Assembly (NCBI GenBank): GCA_009692505.1
Contig: SHZC01000002.1
Span: 1,581 to 65,580 of the forward strand
Direction of reading: 5' to 3'
Length of the DNA: 64,000 nucleotides
From: Myxococcales bacterium
Lineage (GTDB): Bacteria > Myxococcota_A > Bradymonadia > UBA7976 > UBA1532
The position numbers were made by a program, and so were the translations under genes. Below, piece after piece: positions 17,356 to 25,768 of the stretch; within the stretch, counting starts at the first letter, position 1; each line of letters starts with the position of its first letter. Below the pieces are notes generated by a model that ran no database searches, was not told the origin of the DNA, and was given only the letters and a program-made list of their open reading frames with translations.

Positions 17356-18795
17356 TCAGGGCAGATTGGAACGGCTGATCTCGTCTCGCACATCTTCGAG
17401 GCTCAAGACCGACTCCGCCTCCGTCCGTGCCCGGTTCGGGCCGATGAGTTCGAGGCCATCGAGGTCTCGAACGAGGAGGGCGTCGTTTGGAGACCCGTCC
17501 GGAGTGCCGACCACCTCAAACTGCCCCTGCGCGAGCCCGACGACCTCGAATCGGACCCGGCCGTCGGGCGCGAAGCCCCCCTTCTTCGTGAGAAACACCA
17601 GCACCTCTCGGCCCAAACCGAAGCGAGCCAGACCCTCAACCTCCATGACGTAGCCGTCGAGCGCGCCGCCCAGCACCTGGATCACGAGGCGCGCCTCGCC
17701 GGCCCCGCAGACCCCCTTCACGCATTCATGCACCTCGAGCGTGACGTCGGTGACGATGAGCCCACGCTGCCAGCGCATCTTCAAGTCGACCACCCGTCCG
17801 ACGGCCACCTCCGAAGCCCGCGCCGAGAGCGTCGAGAGCGTCTCGGCGCGAGAGACCGTTGCGTTGGCCGACGAGAGCAGGGTGATGGGAGACGAGAGCA
17901 CGCCGAGCATGAGCGCGGCCGTCAGGGTCGACCGCACGCCGGCCTCGCCGCTCGAGACCCTGCGTGTGAGCGCTCGGGCGGCCAGGATCAACACAAGCCA
18001 GAGCGGGGACCCACCAAGTCCCGTCGACGAGGCGCAGCCCTGCATCTTCGTCTGGGCGTAGTCGTCGTCGACCGGGCCGGAGGGCGCGTCGGCTGCTGGG
18101 GCCGCGGCCGCGTCGGTTCCTGGGGTCGGGGGCGCCACGGTGGCTTGCACCGTGCGGACCGTCGCGTTCGTGCCCGGATACGAGGCCCGCAGCGCGGCGA
18201 GGTCGTCGACGTCGAGCGAGCGCTTCTTGGTCTCGAAGGTGGACGCGCTCGAGAACATCGTGGCCTCGCTCTTGTCGGAGTGCGCCACGCCGATGAAGTG
18301 ACCGACCTCGTGGGTTAATGCGTTCTGGAGGTCGTTCGCCGCCGCCTCGCCCTCGCCCCAAGTATGGTGAAGTTCATTGACGACGATGTCGGCATCGACG
18401 AGTTCGCCGGTGCTCTGCCGAAACGCCGTGATGGTCATGGCCATCGCGTCGGTCTCGAACGGCCAGGCGTCCCGCGCAAACGCGACGACGTTGGTGTTCG
18501 CCTGCCCCCGGTAGAAGCCCGGTGCCTCGGCCGTCGGCTCGCCCATCTTCAGCTTGAGGGAGGTGCCCTCCACCTTGGACCACTCGGAGAATGCCGCCCT
18601 CACGATACGCTTCACCTCATTCATCGCGAGATCCTTCGAGCCGGCCTCCGAGACATGAAAGGTCACGTCACCGGCCGGCCACCGAACAACCGCGCCTTCG
18701 CCGTTGTCCTTGAGCTGGTAGGCCGACGCCGGCCCCGTTACGGCGAGCAGCGCGAGCAGGGCAACCGCCATTACGGAGGAGGGAGCGGCAGACAT
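17356..18795 (-). CDS. Secreted matrixin-like (M10 metzincin) protease with an internal MYXO-CTERM-like segment fused in frame to a second secreted-type domain
   Basis: Signal peptide MSAAPSSVMAVALLALLAVTGPASA. HEVGHFIGVAHS (HExxHxxGxxH) with a downstream Met-turn (EATMFS). QGCASSTGLGGSPLWLVLILAARALTRR lies at aa 253-279 and is followed by 200 more residues. Confidence 0.8.
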   Translation of the reverse strand: MSAAPSSVMAVALLALLAVTGPASAYQLKDNGEGAVVRWPAGDVTFHVSEAGSKDLAMNEVKRIVRAAFSEWSKVEGTSLKLKMGEPTAEAPGFYRGQANTNVVAFARDAWPFETDAMAMTITAFRQSTGELVDADIVVNELHHTWGEGEAAANDLQNALTHEVGHFIGVAHSDKSEATMFSSASTFETKKRSLDVDDLAALRASYPGTNATVRTVQATVAPPTPGTDAAAAPAADAPSGPVDDDYAQTKMQGCASSTGLGGSPLWLVLILAARALTRRVSSGEAGVRSTLTAALMLGVLSSPITLLSSANATVSRAETLSTLSARASEVAVGRVVDLKMRWQRGLIVTDVTLEVHECVKGVCGAGEARLVIQVLGGALDGYVMEVEGLARFGLGREVLVFLTKKGGFAPDGRVRFEVVGLAQGQFEVVGTPDGSPNDALLVRDLDGLELIGPNRARTEAESVLSLEDVRDEISRSNLP

Positions 18796-19058
18796 GAAGG
18801 CACCTCGACAGTCTTTACGGTTCCAAGGGCTTTACGTCTTCAGGTAGCGTGCCAAATCAAAACCTAGGTACCTTTAGATGCCATTGCCAGTCAGAGAGCC
18901 TCGCTCGCCAGCCCAGACGCCCGAGCCTCCGGCCGCAAGAGGGACTGCCGGGCCGACCCCGGGTCAGCCGGACCTCACCCACGGCTGAAGTTCTGTCGTG
19001 GGTCTGCCGAGGGCCTCCCTTGCTCACGAAGCGCTTGCAGCCGGTGGTGGCCTCGAAG

Positions 19059-19457
19059 ATGCTGCCCTCCAAGATGCGAAGACTTTTCGACTTGCGCGCA
19101 GGACACCGCTCCAGTAAAAGGCGCGTCGTTTCCTTGCTCTCCCGACTCGCGGTCGTTCTCTTTCTTGTCTTTCCAGAAGCGGTCGCGGCTGAAACCGTCT
19201 TGGGCGTGCCCCTGCCGGCTTTTGCAACCAAGGTCGCTCCGTTTCGGTTTCGTTCGTCTCAAGGTGCCCGAGCCACGGCAAAGGCCCTTGAGAAGGGGCT
19301 CAGGGGTCGCGGCCTTCAACTTGAGTTTCGTGTGCTCATTGACCTCCCCGACGTCTTCGCCCTTCATGCGACGAGCAGCGCGCCCAACGCCGCTTTTCGG
19401 GGCATAAACGTGAGCGAATATGGCGGGAGTGTCTGGATCTTTATCATTTCGAAATAA
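19059..19457 (+). CDS. Possible small secreted protein (low-GC pocket upstream of the tRNAs)
   Basis: ATG 19059 inside ORF 18849..19457. A signal-like stretch is RRVVSLLSRLAVVLFLVFPEAVAAE. Two minus-strand ORFs (18857..19231, 18975..19517) overlap with similar third-position GC, so the coding strand is unresolved. Confidence 0.3.
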   Translation: MLPSKMRRLFDLRAGHRSSKRRVVSLLSRLAVVLFLVFPEAVAAETVLGVPLPAFATKVAPFRFRSSQGARATAKALEKGLRGRGLQLEFRVLIDLPDVFALHATSSAPNAAFRGINVSEYGGSVWIFIISK

Positions 19458-19491
19458 ATGACTTGAAGTTTCGGCTTCAAACGATAGTTCT

Positions 19492-19562
19492 TGGGGGATC
19501 GTCCAATGGTAGGACAACGGTTTCTGGTACCGTTTATTCAGGTTCGAATCCTGGTCCCCCAG
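19492..19562 (+). tRNA. tRNA-Gln (anticodon CUG)
   Basis: Folded by hand. Acceptor TGGGGGA/TCCCCCA, D arm GTCC-AATGGTA-GGAC, anticodon stem ACGGT/ACCGT with loop TTCTGGT, T arm with GGTTCGAATCC. Close to E. coli tRNA-Gln. Confidence 0.9.
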
Positions 19563-19565
19563 AAT

Positions 19566-19637
19566 GGCCCGTTCGTCTAGCGGTTAGGACACTGGCCTCT
19601 CACGTCGGCAACAGGGGTTCAAATCCCCTACGGGTCA
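19566..19637 (+). tRNA. tRNA-Glu (anticodon CUC)
   Basis: Acceptor GGCCCGT/ACGGGTC, GTCTAGCGGTTAGGAC D arm, anticodon loop CTCTCAC, T arm GGGGTTCAAATCCCC. It starts 3 nt after tRNA-Gln. Confidence 0.9.
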
Positions 19638-19645
19638 CCCTAAAA

Positions 19646-19675
19646 CCCTCGGTCTCTGGCCGAGGGTTTTTTTTT
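19646..19675 (+). terminator. Rho-independent terminator after the tRNA pair
   Basis: The stem CCCTCGG / CCGAGGG has a 7-nt loop and is followed by a run of nine T. Confidence 0.85.
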
Positions 19676-19707
19676 GTCTTTTTTAATAGTGTGCGACACT
19701 TACACAC

Positions 19708-20289
19708 ATGAACTCGAAACGCCTCACCTCGACCCTGCTGCCGGCCCTGCTCGCCCTGGCCTGCACGCCGCCCCCCCGCCAGACGATTCGACGGGAGGCC
19801 GCCGTCGAGGCCCCTGCCCGCTTGATCGTGGCCTCAGCACCGGACGCGCGCCGCGACGCGGTCGTCAAGCGGCTTGAGGACGCGCTGACCGAGGAGAGCC
19901 GCGCGACCGAGGAGCTGTCGCTGCTCAGCGAGGTCTTCGGCGAGACTGCCTTGCGACCCAAGCAGCCCAAGACGCTCGATGCATGGTTTCACGCCGCCCG
20001 CCGCAACGCGAGGGCGCCCCTGCCGGGTGACCTCGTCCGGTTTGACGCGGGCAAGGGCGCACCGGGGGTCGGCGTCGTCTTGAGGGTGCACTCGCGCGGG
20101 CTTCACGTCGCGGCGGTGCTCGAGGGGCAGCTCCGGGCGCTTCGTGTCGATCCGACTCGACCCGATCTTCGGCGAGACAAGCGGGGCGTCGTGAACTCTT
20201 TCGTCCGAGTCGCCCGGCCGGGTGATGGGCCAGAGACCCTCTACCTCGCCGGTCAGGCCTACCGGGGCTCGTTCAGTCTCCTGAACTGA
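19708..20289 (+). CDS. Lipoprotein, unknown function
   Basis: MNSKRLTSTLLPALLALACTPP has a signal peptide and lipobox. PGDLVRFDAG...GVGVVLRV weakly recalls the C-terminal half of NlpC/P60, but no catalytic Cys region is present. Confidence 0.65.
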   Translation: MNSKRLTSTLLPALLALACTPPPRQTIRREAAVEAPARLIVASAPDARRDAVVKRLEDALTEESRATEELSLLSEVFGETALRPKQPKTLDAWFHAARRNARAPLPGDLVRFDAGKGAPGVGVVLRVHSRGLHVAAVLEGQLRALRVDPTRPDLRRDKRGVVNSFVRVARPGDGPETLYLAGQAYRGSFSLLN

Positions 20290-21250
20290 GCTTCGTCGCC
20301 GCCACGTAGGCGAGAGCGGCGAGCCGAAGACCTCGCTCGCTCGCACGTCCGATCTGGGACTCGACCAGCTCCGGTGCCGCTGATCGGGCCGCCGAGAGGT
20401 GGTGGTATGTCGAGGCCGTGCACAGCTCGTCGGCGGCCAAGAAGTGGGCCTTGGCGAGGTTGAAGTGAACGAGCGCGTCGAGGTCGTCCCCGATCAGGCA
20501 CGCCTCCAAGCGCGGGATCGACTCCAGCGGGCGATCGAGGAGGAGCGCCGGCAGCGTGGCGAGCGTGATGGTCGCGTACCTGCCAAGGCGGCCGTGATCG
20601 CTCTGGCAAAGAGGGAGGAGCTCGAGCTCGGCCTCCCTCGGGCGGCGGGCCTTGATGTGGGCGAGCGCGCGATAATAGGCCGCGTTGTCCGACTCCATCG
20701 GGTTGAGCCGCGCGACGGCCGACATCCCGCCAATGAGCTCGTCGAGGCGGCCGCAGTCGACCACGGGCTGCGAGAAGTGCCTCCCGATCGCCCGAAGATC
20801 TACGCCGTCGATCCGGTCATCGTCGACCCACTCCCGAAGCTCGTTGACCATCGCCGCCGCCCGGCGCCGCTCACCGGCGGGATCATCGATCGGATCGGAA
20901 GCGGCCTCGACGCCGTCGCCGTAGTCGTAGAGAAACTCCGCTTTGAGAATTTCGTAAAGCAACTTGCCGAGTTCAGCGAGTTCGGCGCGCCTCATTCGCG
21001 CCGCCAACCTCGTGAACACCGGGCTGGGCTCGAGCGGACTCGCCTTGGGGCAATCCTCGGGCCCCGAGTCCGGCAGCTCGCTGAAGCCCTCCACCAGCCG
21101 ACCGCGAAGGCGTCGGAAAAAGTCGGCGCACGCACTACAGGTCTGGAAATGCGCGTTGACCGGTTGCTCCCTGAGCCGATCGAGCCCGCCGTCCAGGAGG
21201 AGGATCAGATCGGCCTCGATCCGCGCGCAGTCCACGCCCTCACTTCTCAT
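20273..21250 (-). CDS. Soluble zf-HC2 (anti-sigma-type zinc finger) protein
   Basis: ORF 20273..21466 trimmed to ATG 21250 (MRSEGVDCARIEADLILLLDG). HFQTCSAC is the H-x3-C-x2-C motif. No TM segment is seen. It overlaps the cyclase stop by 11 nt. Confidence 0.65.
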   Translation of the reverse strand: MRSEGVDCARIEADLILLLDGGLDRLREQPVNAHFQTCSACADFFRRLRGRLVEGFSELPDSGPEDCPKASPLEPSPVFTRLAARMRRAELAELGKLLYEILKAEFLYDYGDGVEAASDPIDDPAGERRRAAAMVNELREWVDDDRIDGVDLRAIGRHFSQPVVDCGRLDELIGGMSAVARLNPMESDNAAYYRALAHIKARRPREAELELLPLCQSDHGRLGRYATITLATLPALLLDRPLESIPRLEACLIGDDLDALVHFNLAKAHFLAADELCTASTYHHLSAARSAAPELVESQIGRASERGLRLAALAYVAATKLSSGD

Positions 21251-23348
21251 CGAGGTGCGTCTCGCCTTGCCAACCTTCCGGCGGCGGGGTCTCCCGGAAG
21301 ACCTTGCACGCCCGGCGAAGTCGCGCGACCGACTCGTCATTCCCGCCCCGCTCGTCGAGGCGGTCGAGGCGGGCGATCGCCTCGTCGAAGCTGCGACCTC
21401 GATAGGCGTCGAGCGCTGCCTCGTACTCGACCGAGAAGCTGAGCCGCTCGGGATCAACCTGTCCACGTGCGCCGATGGGCTCGAAGACCACGACCGAGGC
21501 GTTCTTGCCCTTCACGGCGATGCGGTCAACCTCCCGAAACTCGAACGCCGCCCCCGCCTCGAGCGCGACGGCCTCGGACACGAGGATGCTCGTCCCAAAG
21601 AAACGATTGGCCCCCTCCAGCCGACTGGCGAGGTTGGCCGTGTCCCCAACGAGCGTGTAGTTCAGTCGCTCGGGCGCGCCCACGTTCCCGACCATGACCG
21701 AGCCCGTCGCGAGGCCGATGCGCGTCGGCAGCGCCCGTCGGTTGGGCTGCTGCGCCCACTCCCGATTCAAGACGGCGAGGCGCGCCTGACACGCCATGGC
21801 CGCGCGGACAGCACACGTCGCATGGTCGGCCTCGTTGAGGGCCGTCGGTGCCCCCCAAAACGCCATGATCGCGTCTCCGATGAACTTGTCGATGGTCGCG
21901 TTCTGGGCGTTGAGTTCCTCAAGCATCGCCGCGAAATATTCCGCGAGCTGATCGGTCAAATCGGTGGGCGACATGGACTCGGCGATCGTCGTGAAGCCCC
22001 GGATATCGCTGAAGAAAACCGTGAGCCGACGCTCGACGACGCCGAGCTTGGCGGCCTCGTCCTGGCGCAGGAGCTCTCGGACGAGATCCGTTGGAACGTA
22101 ACGCGCAAACGCATCCAGAGCGCGGCGCATTTGCTCGTGGGCGGTGGCGAGCCGCTGGACCTCAACGAGCCGCGTCTTAATCTCGATGCGCTCATCCGTG
22201 CGAAGCTCGCGAAGCCGCTCGGTCTGCTCGACGAGCCGCTCGATGACGCGGGAGTACCCCCGGGCGATGCGGCGAGAGAAAAACGTGGCGACGCAGAGCG
22301 CGAAGAACCCGATGAACAAGGTCATGTACTGCTGTGAGCGGACATCCCCTCGAAAATCGGCCTCGGGGATCATCGTGCCGATCCACAGGCCCCGCTTATC
22401 GTTGAGAAGGACGCGCCGGAACCCCGCCCAGTAGGCCTCGCCGTCGTGCTCGATCCGAATAGGGGCGAGCGGCTTGGCTTGGGACTTCCAGGCATCGACG
22501 GCGACGGCGAGGACCGGCGCGCCTTGCGGGTCTGGCCGAGAGAGGACGGCTTTCTGTCTCGCCGCCTCGTCCACAAAAAAGGTCGCGGCCGGCAGACCCA
22601 GGAGCTTGCGCCCATCGTCCATGATCCACGTCGCGCCGTTTTTGCTCGGCGACATGCGCTCGGTGAACGACGAGAGGTCGCGCAGGAAGAGGTGGACCGC
22701 GGCGACGTAGGGCTCACCGTTCGGCCGCAAGAGCTTCTTCGCGAGCGTGATGATGGGCTCCTTAGAGTCGTGCGCGAGGTACGGTTTGGTCCAATACGGC
22801 CCCTGGTCGGCGGCGCGATTGATGGCGTTCTTGAACCAGGGTCGGTCCCGGTGGTCGAAGTCGAGGTCTTTGTCGACGCGGTCGATCTGAACGAGCCCCA
22901 GCGCCCCGTTCTTGAACCGACTGACGATGGCCCGCTTCGGTGCTGTCGGCCGCATCTCCCGGTTGACGAAGACGTCGCCTTCGCGTCGAAGCATGAAGTG
23001 ATGGCCGGCCGCGTCGCCCGTGGTCACGATGCCGAGCTGCGGATAGGCCAACATCATGGGCACGATCAGCGCGTTGCTGCGATCGGGTTGGTCGGGGTCG
23101 AACGTCCCGCTCTGTGACCAGAACTCGAGCTGGGTCAGGCCGCTCCTGGCCGGGCCGAGGTGCTCCTGCAGCGCCGACTCAGCCTGCGATGCGGTCCGAT
23201 TGATGAGCTCCCGCGACAAGCGCTCCAGCGAGCGATTCGCCATGTACGTCACGGTCGCGAGCAGGCCAGCCACGGTGCCCGCGACCAGCATAAACATGGA
23301 CCAGGACAAGCTGGCCCGCATGGTAATCAGTCGCTTCGGCTCCGGCAC
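21240..23348 (-). CDS. Membrane adenylate/guanylate cyclase with Cache-like periplasmic sensor and HAMP
   Basis: Two TM segments flank a sensor of about 280 aa (PWFKNA...YWTKPY). Class III cyclase motifs: VFFSDIRGFTTIAE, KFIGDAIMAFWGAP, RIGLATGSVMVGNVG, YTLVGDTANLASRLEG. The start is GTG 23348 or ATG 23321. Confidence 0.9.
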   Translation of the reverse strand: MPEPKRLITMRASLSWSMFMLVAGTVAGLLATVTYMANRSLERLSRELINRTASQAESALQEHLGPARSGLTQLEFWSQSGTFDPDQPDRSNALIVPMMLAYPQLGIVTTGDAAGHHFMLRREGDVFVNREMRPTAPKRAIVSRFKNGALGLVQIDRVDKDLDFDHRDRPWFKNAINRAADQGPYWTKPYLAHDSKEPIITLAKKLLRPNGEPYVAAVHLFLRDLSSFTERMSPSKNGATWIMDDGRKLLGLPAATFFVDEAARQKAVLSRPDPQGAPVLAVAVDAWKSQAKPLAPIRIEHDGEAYWAGFRRVLLNDKRGLWIGTMIPEADFRGDVRSQQYMTLFIGFFALCVATFFSRRIARGYSRVIERLVEQTERLRELRTDERIEIKTRLVEVQRLATAHEQMRRALDAFARYVPTDLVRELLRQDEAAKLGVVERRLTVFFSDIRGFTTIAESMSPTDLTDQLAEYFAAMLEELNAQNATIDKFIGDAIMAFWGAPTALNEADHATCAVRAAMACQARLAVLNREWAQQPNRRALPTRIGLATGSVMVGNVGAPERLNYTLVGDTANLASRLEGANRFFGTSILVSEAVALEAGAAFEFREVDRIAVKGKNASVVVFEPIGARGQVDPERLSFSVEYEAALDAYRGRSFDEAIARLDRLDERGGNDESVARLRRACKVFRETPPPEGWQGETHLDEK

Positions 23349-24430
23349 GCGGCGGAGGTTAGTACAGGACGAGTCTTACCCACCGGGGTTTCTCGAAAAC
23401 CCGACGTGCCGCCATGCCAGCAGGGTCGTCCGACGGGGTGAAGGCGACGCATCGAGGACTGGCAGCTCAGGCACGCGCCGTCGCCCATCTCCGAGGACCA
23501 TCGAAGGAGTCGAAGGCGCAGGCCCTTGTCCGCTTGAAGTTGCGTGAAGCCGACGTGACCCTGAAGCCCTGGAAGAGTCCGGAGTTGGGGTACGAGCGCG
23601 CGGTCCCGGAGCAGGCGGGCGCGCCGGACGATATTGCCGACGTCGGTGGCCACGAGGCTGTCCCGCGAGGCGATCTCCGGGTAACCGAGGTCCTCAAGTT
23701 CGACGGCGATGAGCGCGGACCGCTCCCGGGCAGGCAGCTCGTTGACCGCCTCGAAGACGGCATCCCGCAACGCGTGCGCCATGACGCTCCTCTGGGCCGC
23801 GACGAGCTGTGCCTCGGGGGTCCGAGGGCCATGCTCGGCAAAGTAACCTGGGTCAATCCGGGCATCGAGGCTCGCCTCATCGAGCGCGACGACGTGCTCG
23901 TGACGACGGCGACGAAGGTGATCAATGACGCGGTGATCGGCGATGGAGAGGAGAAGCGGGACGCGAAGATCGTAGGTCTCTCGGCGCGCGTCACGCAGCA
24001 TTCGAGCGATCGTCTCTGCGGTGCTGGAGAGCAGATCGGCGGCCTCATCGACCTCGCCACGCCGACCAAAAGCGGAGAGACGTCGCCGAATTCGACTCAT
24101 GAGCCGACGCTCGAGGACGCCGAAGACGAACGCGGCGAGGGCCTCCGTGCGGTAGCCCAAGCTGAGGCAGCCGTTGACGACCCGCTCGAAGTTCACGGCG
24201 GTGTCGGGGTCCGGCTCGGCGAGCGCGTGCAGGGTCAGGCGTAGGACCGCCTCGCGACGGGTCGAAGCGTCGTCATCGTCGGATGCTTGGCCGAGACCTC
24301 GCCGGGCAACGAGCGTGGAGAGAAGCAGACGCAACGCCGGGACGACCGGGAGCGGTGGCCGACGGAGTTCGGCGACCACCGCGGCGACGGCCGGGGCGAC
24401 GACCGCGGCGACGGCCGTGGCCGGCATCAT
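23327..24430 (-). CDS. ECF-type sigma-70 family factor with N- and C-terminal extensions
   Basis: Region 2-like LLLSIADHRVIDHLRRRR. Region 4 LPARERSALIAVELEDLGYPEIA...VGNIVRRARLLRDRAL. The C-terminal extension has DGACLSCQSSMRRLHPVGRPCWHGG. ATGA overlap with the upstream gene. Confidence 0.75.
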   Translation of the reverse strand: MMPATAVAAVVAPAVAAVVAELRRPPLPVVPALRLLLSTLVARRGLGQASDDDDASTRREAVLRLTLHALAEPDPDTAVNFERVVNGCLSLGYRTEALAAFVFGVLERRLMSRIRRRLSAFGRRGEVDEAADLLSSTAETIARMLRDARRETYDLRVPLLLSIADHRVIDHLRRRRHEHVVALDEASLDARIDPGYFAEHGPRTPEAQLVAAQRSVMAHALRDAVFEAVNELPARERSALIAVELEDLGYPEIASRDSLVATDVGNIVRRARLLRDRALVPQLRTLPGLQGHVGFTQLQADKGLRLRLLRWSSEMGDGACLSCQSSMRRLHPVGRPCWHGGTSGFRETPVGKTRPVLTSAACRSRSD

Positions 24431-25134
24431 CGGGAACCTCGCGAGCGGCCAAACCGTGCGGTGCGCGGACGAGTGAAGCAGAGCATGACCGAGAGCATCA
24501 GCAGCACCGGCCCCGGTTCGCTCAGCGGGAGTGCAGTGCTCGCGCAGCCTCCGCGGCCCGAGGCTTCGCGATCAAGCCCTGTCGGTGCCTCATCGGCGGG
24601 CGAGGGCGTCGGCTCGTCGGACTCGGCGATCAAGGTCGAATCACCGAGCCGCATCGGCTCCGGCGACGCAGGGTCCAGATGATCGCCGACCTCGTCGGTC
24701 ACGACCGTCTTGCTCGCCTCGAGCGTCAGGCCCACTTCAGACAGCCCAGAAGCGCCGCGAAGGCCTGACGTGGGCCCCTGAAGCGTCCGTAGACCCCGGC
24801 GTCGGGCGATGAACGAGAGACCGCCCCCGTCCGGCGCATCCCCCGGGCGTGGGGCGGGCAGGATGAACCCGTGGCGGCAGAGGTCATCGACGGACGGCAA
24901 GCGAGCCGCAGTTCCCTCGGCTTGGGGGTGGAGCGCGACCTCGGCGACGAAGGACTCACCGTCTTCGTTTTCGATGGACAAGAAGCCCACATCGGCCGTC
25001 GGACCGGAGACCTCGAAGTGCAGACGCTCCCCGGTGAACTCGCAGACGATCTCGCGCAAGGACAGGGCCGAAGCCGCGGCGGGCAGGAGCGTGACCGCGA
25101 GGACGAGGCTCTTGACATAGAAACTGCGGTGCAT
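24427..25134 (-). CDS. Secreted protein with MYXO-CTERM-like tail
   Basis: ORF 24427..25449 trimmed to ATG 25134 (MHRSFYVKSLVLAVTLLPAAASA signal peptide). The C-terminus is GRGGCASTALPLSEPGPVLLMLSVMLCFTRPRTAR. Confidence 0.6.
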   Translation of the reverse strand: MHRSFYVKSLVLAVTLLPAAASALSLREIVCEFTGERLHFEVSGPTADVGFLSIENEDGESFVAEVALHPQAEGTAARLPSVDDLCRHGFILPAPRPGDAPDGGGLSFIARRRGLRTLQGPTSGLRGASGLSEVGLTLEASKTVVTDEVGDHLDPASPEPMRLGDSTLIAESDEPTPSPADEAPTGLDREASGRGGCASTALPLSEPGPVLLMLSVMLCFTRPRTARFGRSRGSR

Positions 25135-25291
25135 CGACACGCCCTCCCCTGCCCGCTCCTCGACGTCGGGAGCGCGCTTGCCATGGACTGTTAGAAAACG
25201 ATCGGGCTTCGGCGCCCGCCTCGTGCAACAGCGCGAATGCAAGGCATGCACCAGCCCGCCCAACGTGCGGCGACGTACGGTGACGCGCGGC

Positions 25292-25768
25292 TCAGCCCCC
25301 GAGGACGGCCCGAGAGCAGGACCGAGTTCGAGCGTTGTCGCTGATGAAAGCCAGCCTCCGGTTGGCGATTGCCCCGTCGAGGACAACCTTGAGTTCGATC
25401 CACACTGCGTCGACAGGAACGGCCTCCATGGCCCGGTTTGGCCACTCAATCACGCAGACGCCGTCCACGCCGAGGACCTCATCGACGCCCAAGCCGACGA
25501 CCTCGTCGAGGCCCGAGAGCCGGTACCAATCAAAGTGATGGAGCGTCAGCGGACCTGCGTGAATCTGCCAGAGCGCGAACGTTGGGCTCGTCACGCCACG
25601 CGGGTTCCCGACCGCGAGGCCCACCGCGATGCCGCGGGTCAGGCTCGTCTTGCCGGCGCCGATGTCCCCGACGAGGGCAAAGACCTCACCCGCGCTCGCC
25701 CACTGCCCGAGACGGATGCCGAACGCCTCGGTCGCTCCGAGATCAGGAAGGTCGAGGCCCGGCTTCAC
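25292..25768 (-). CDS. tsaE: tRNA t6A37 biosynthesis ATPase TsaE
   Basis: VGDIGAGKTSLTRGIA P-loop, SPTFALWQIH, HFDWYRL. The start is set to GTG 25768, forming a GTGA overlap with the NUDIX stop. The ORF-track start 25882 would overlap NUDIX by 118 nt. Confidence 0.85.
   Translation of the reverse strand: MKPGLDLPDLGATEAFGIRLGQWASAGEVFALVGDIGAGKTSLTRGIAVGLAVGNPRGVTSPTFALWQIHAGPLTLHHFDWYRLSGLDEVVGLGVDEVLGVDGVCVIEWPNRAMEAVPVDAVWIELKVVLDGAIANRRLAFISDNARTRSCSRAVLGG

Noticed and set aside
13752-18795. The metallophosphoesterase, giant protein and protease cluster as a phage-defence locus.
   Set aside because: No ATPase, nuclease, helicase or methylase signatures are recognisable. The phosphoesterase is of the common housekeeping YfcE-like type. 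The idea rests only on gene size and adjacency.
19492-19707. The tRNA pair as an attachment site of an integrated element.
   Set aside because: There is no integrase, excisionase or phage/plasmid gene on either side. I found no repeat of the tRNA 3' end within the window by eye.
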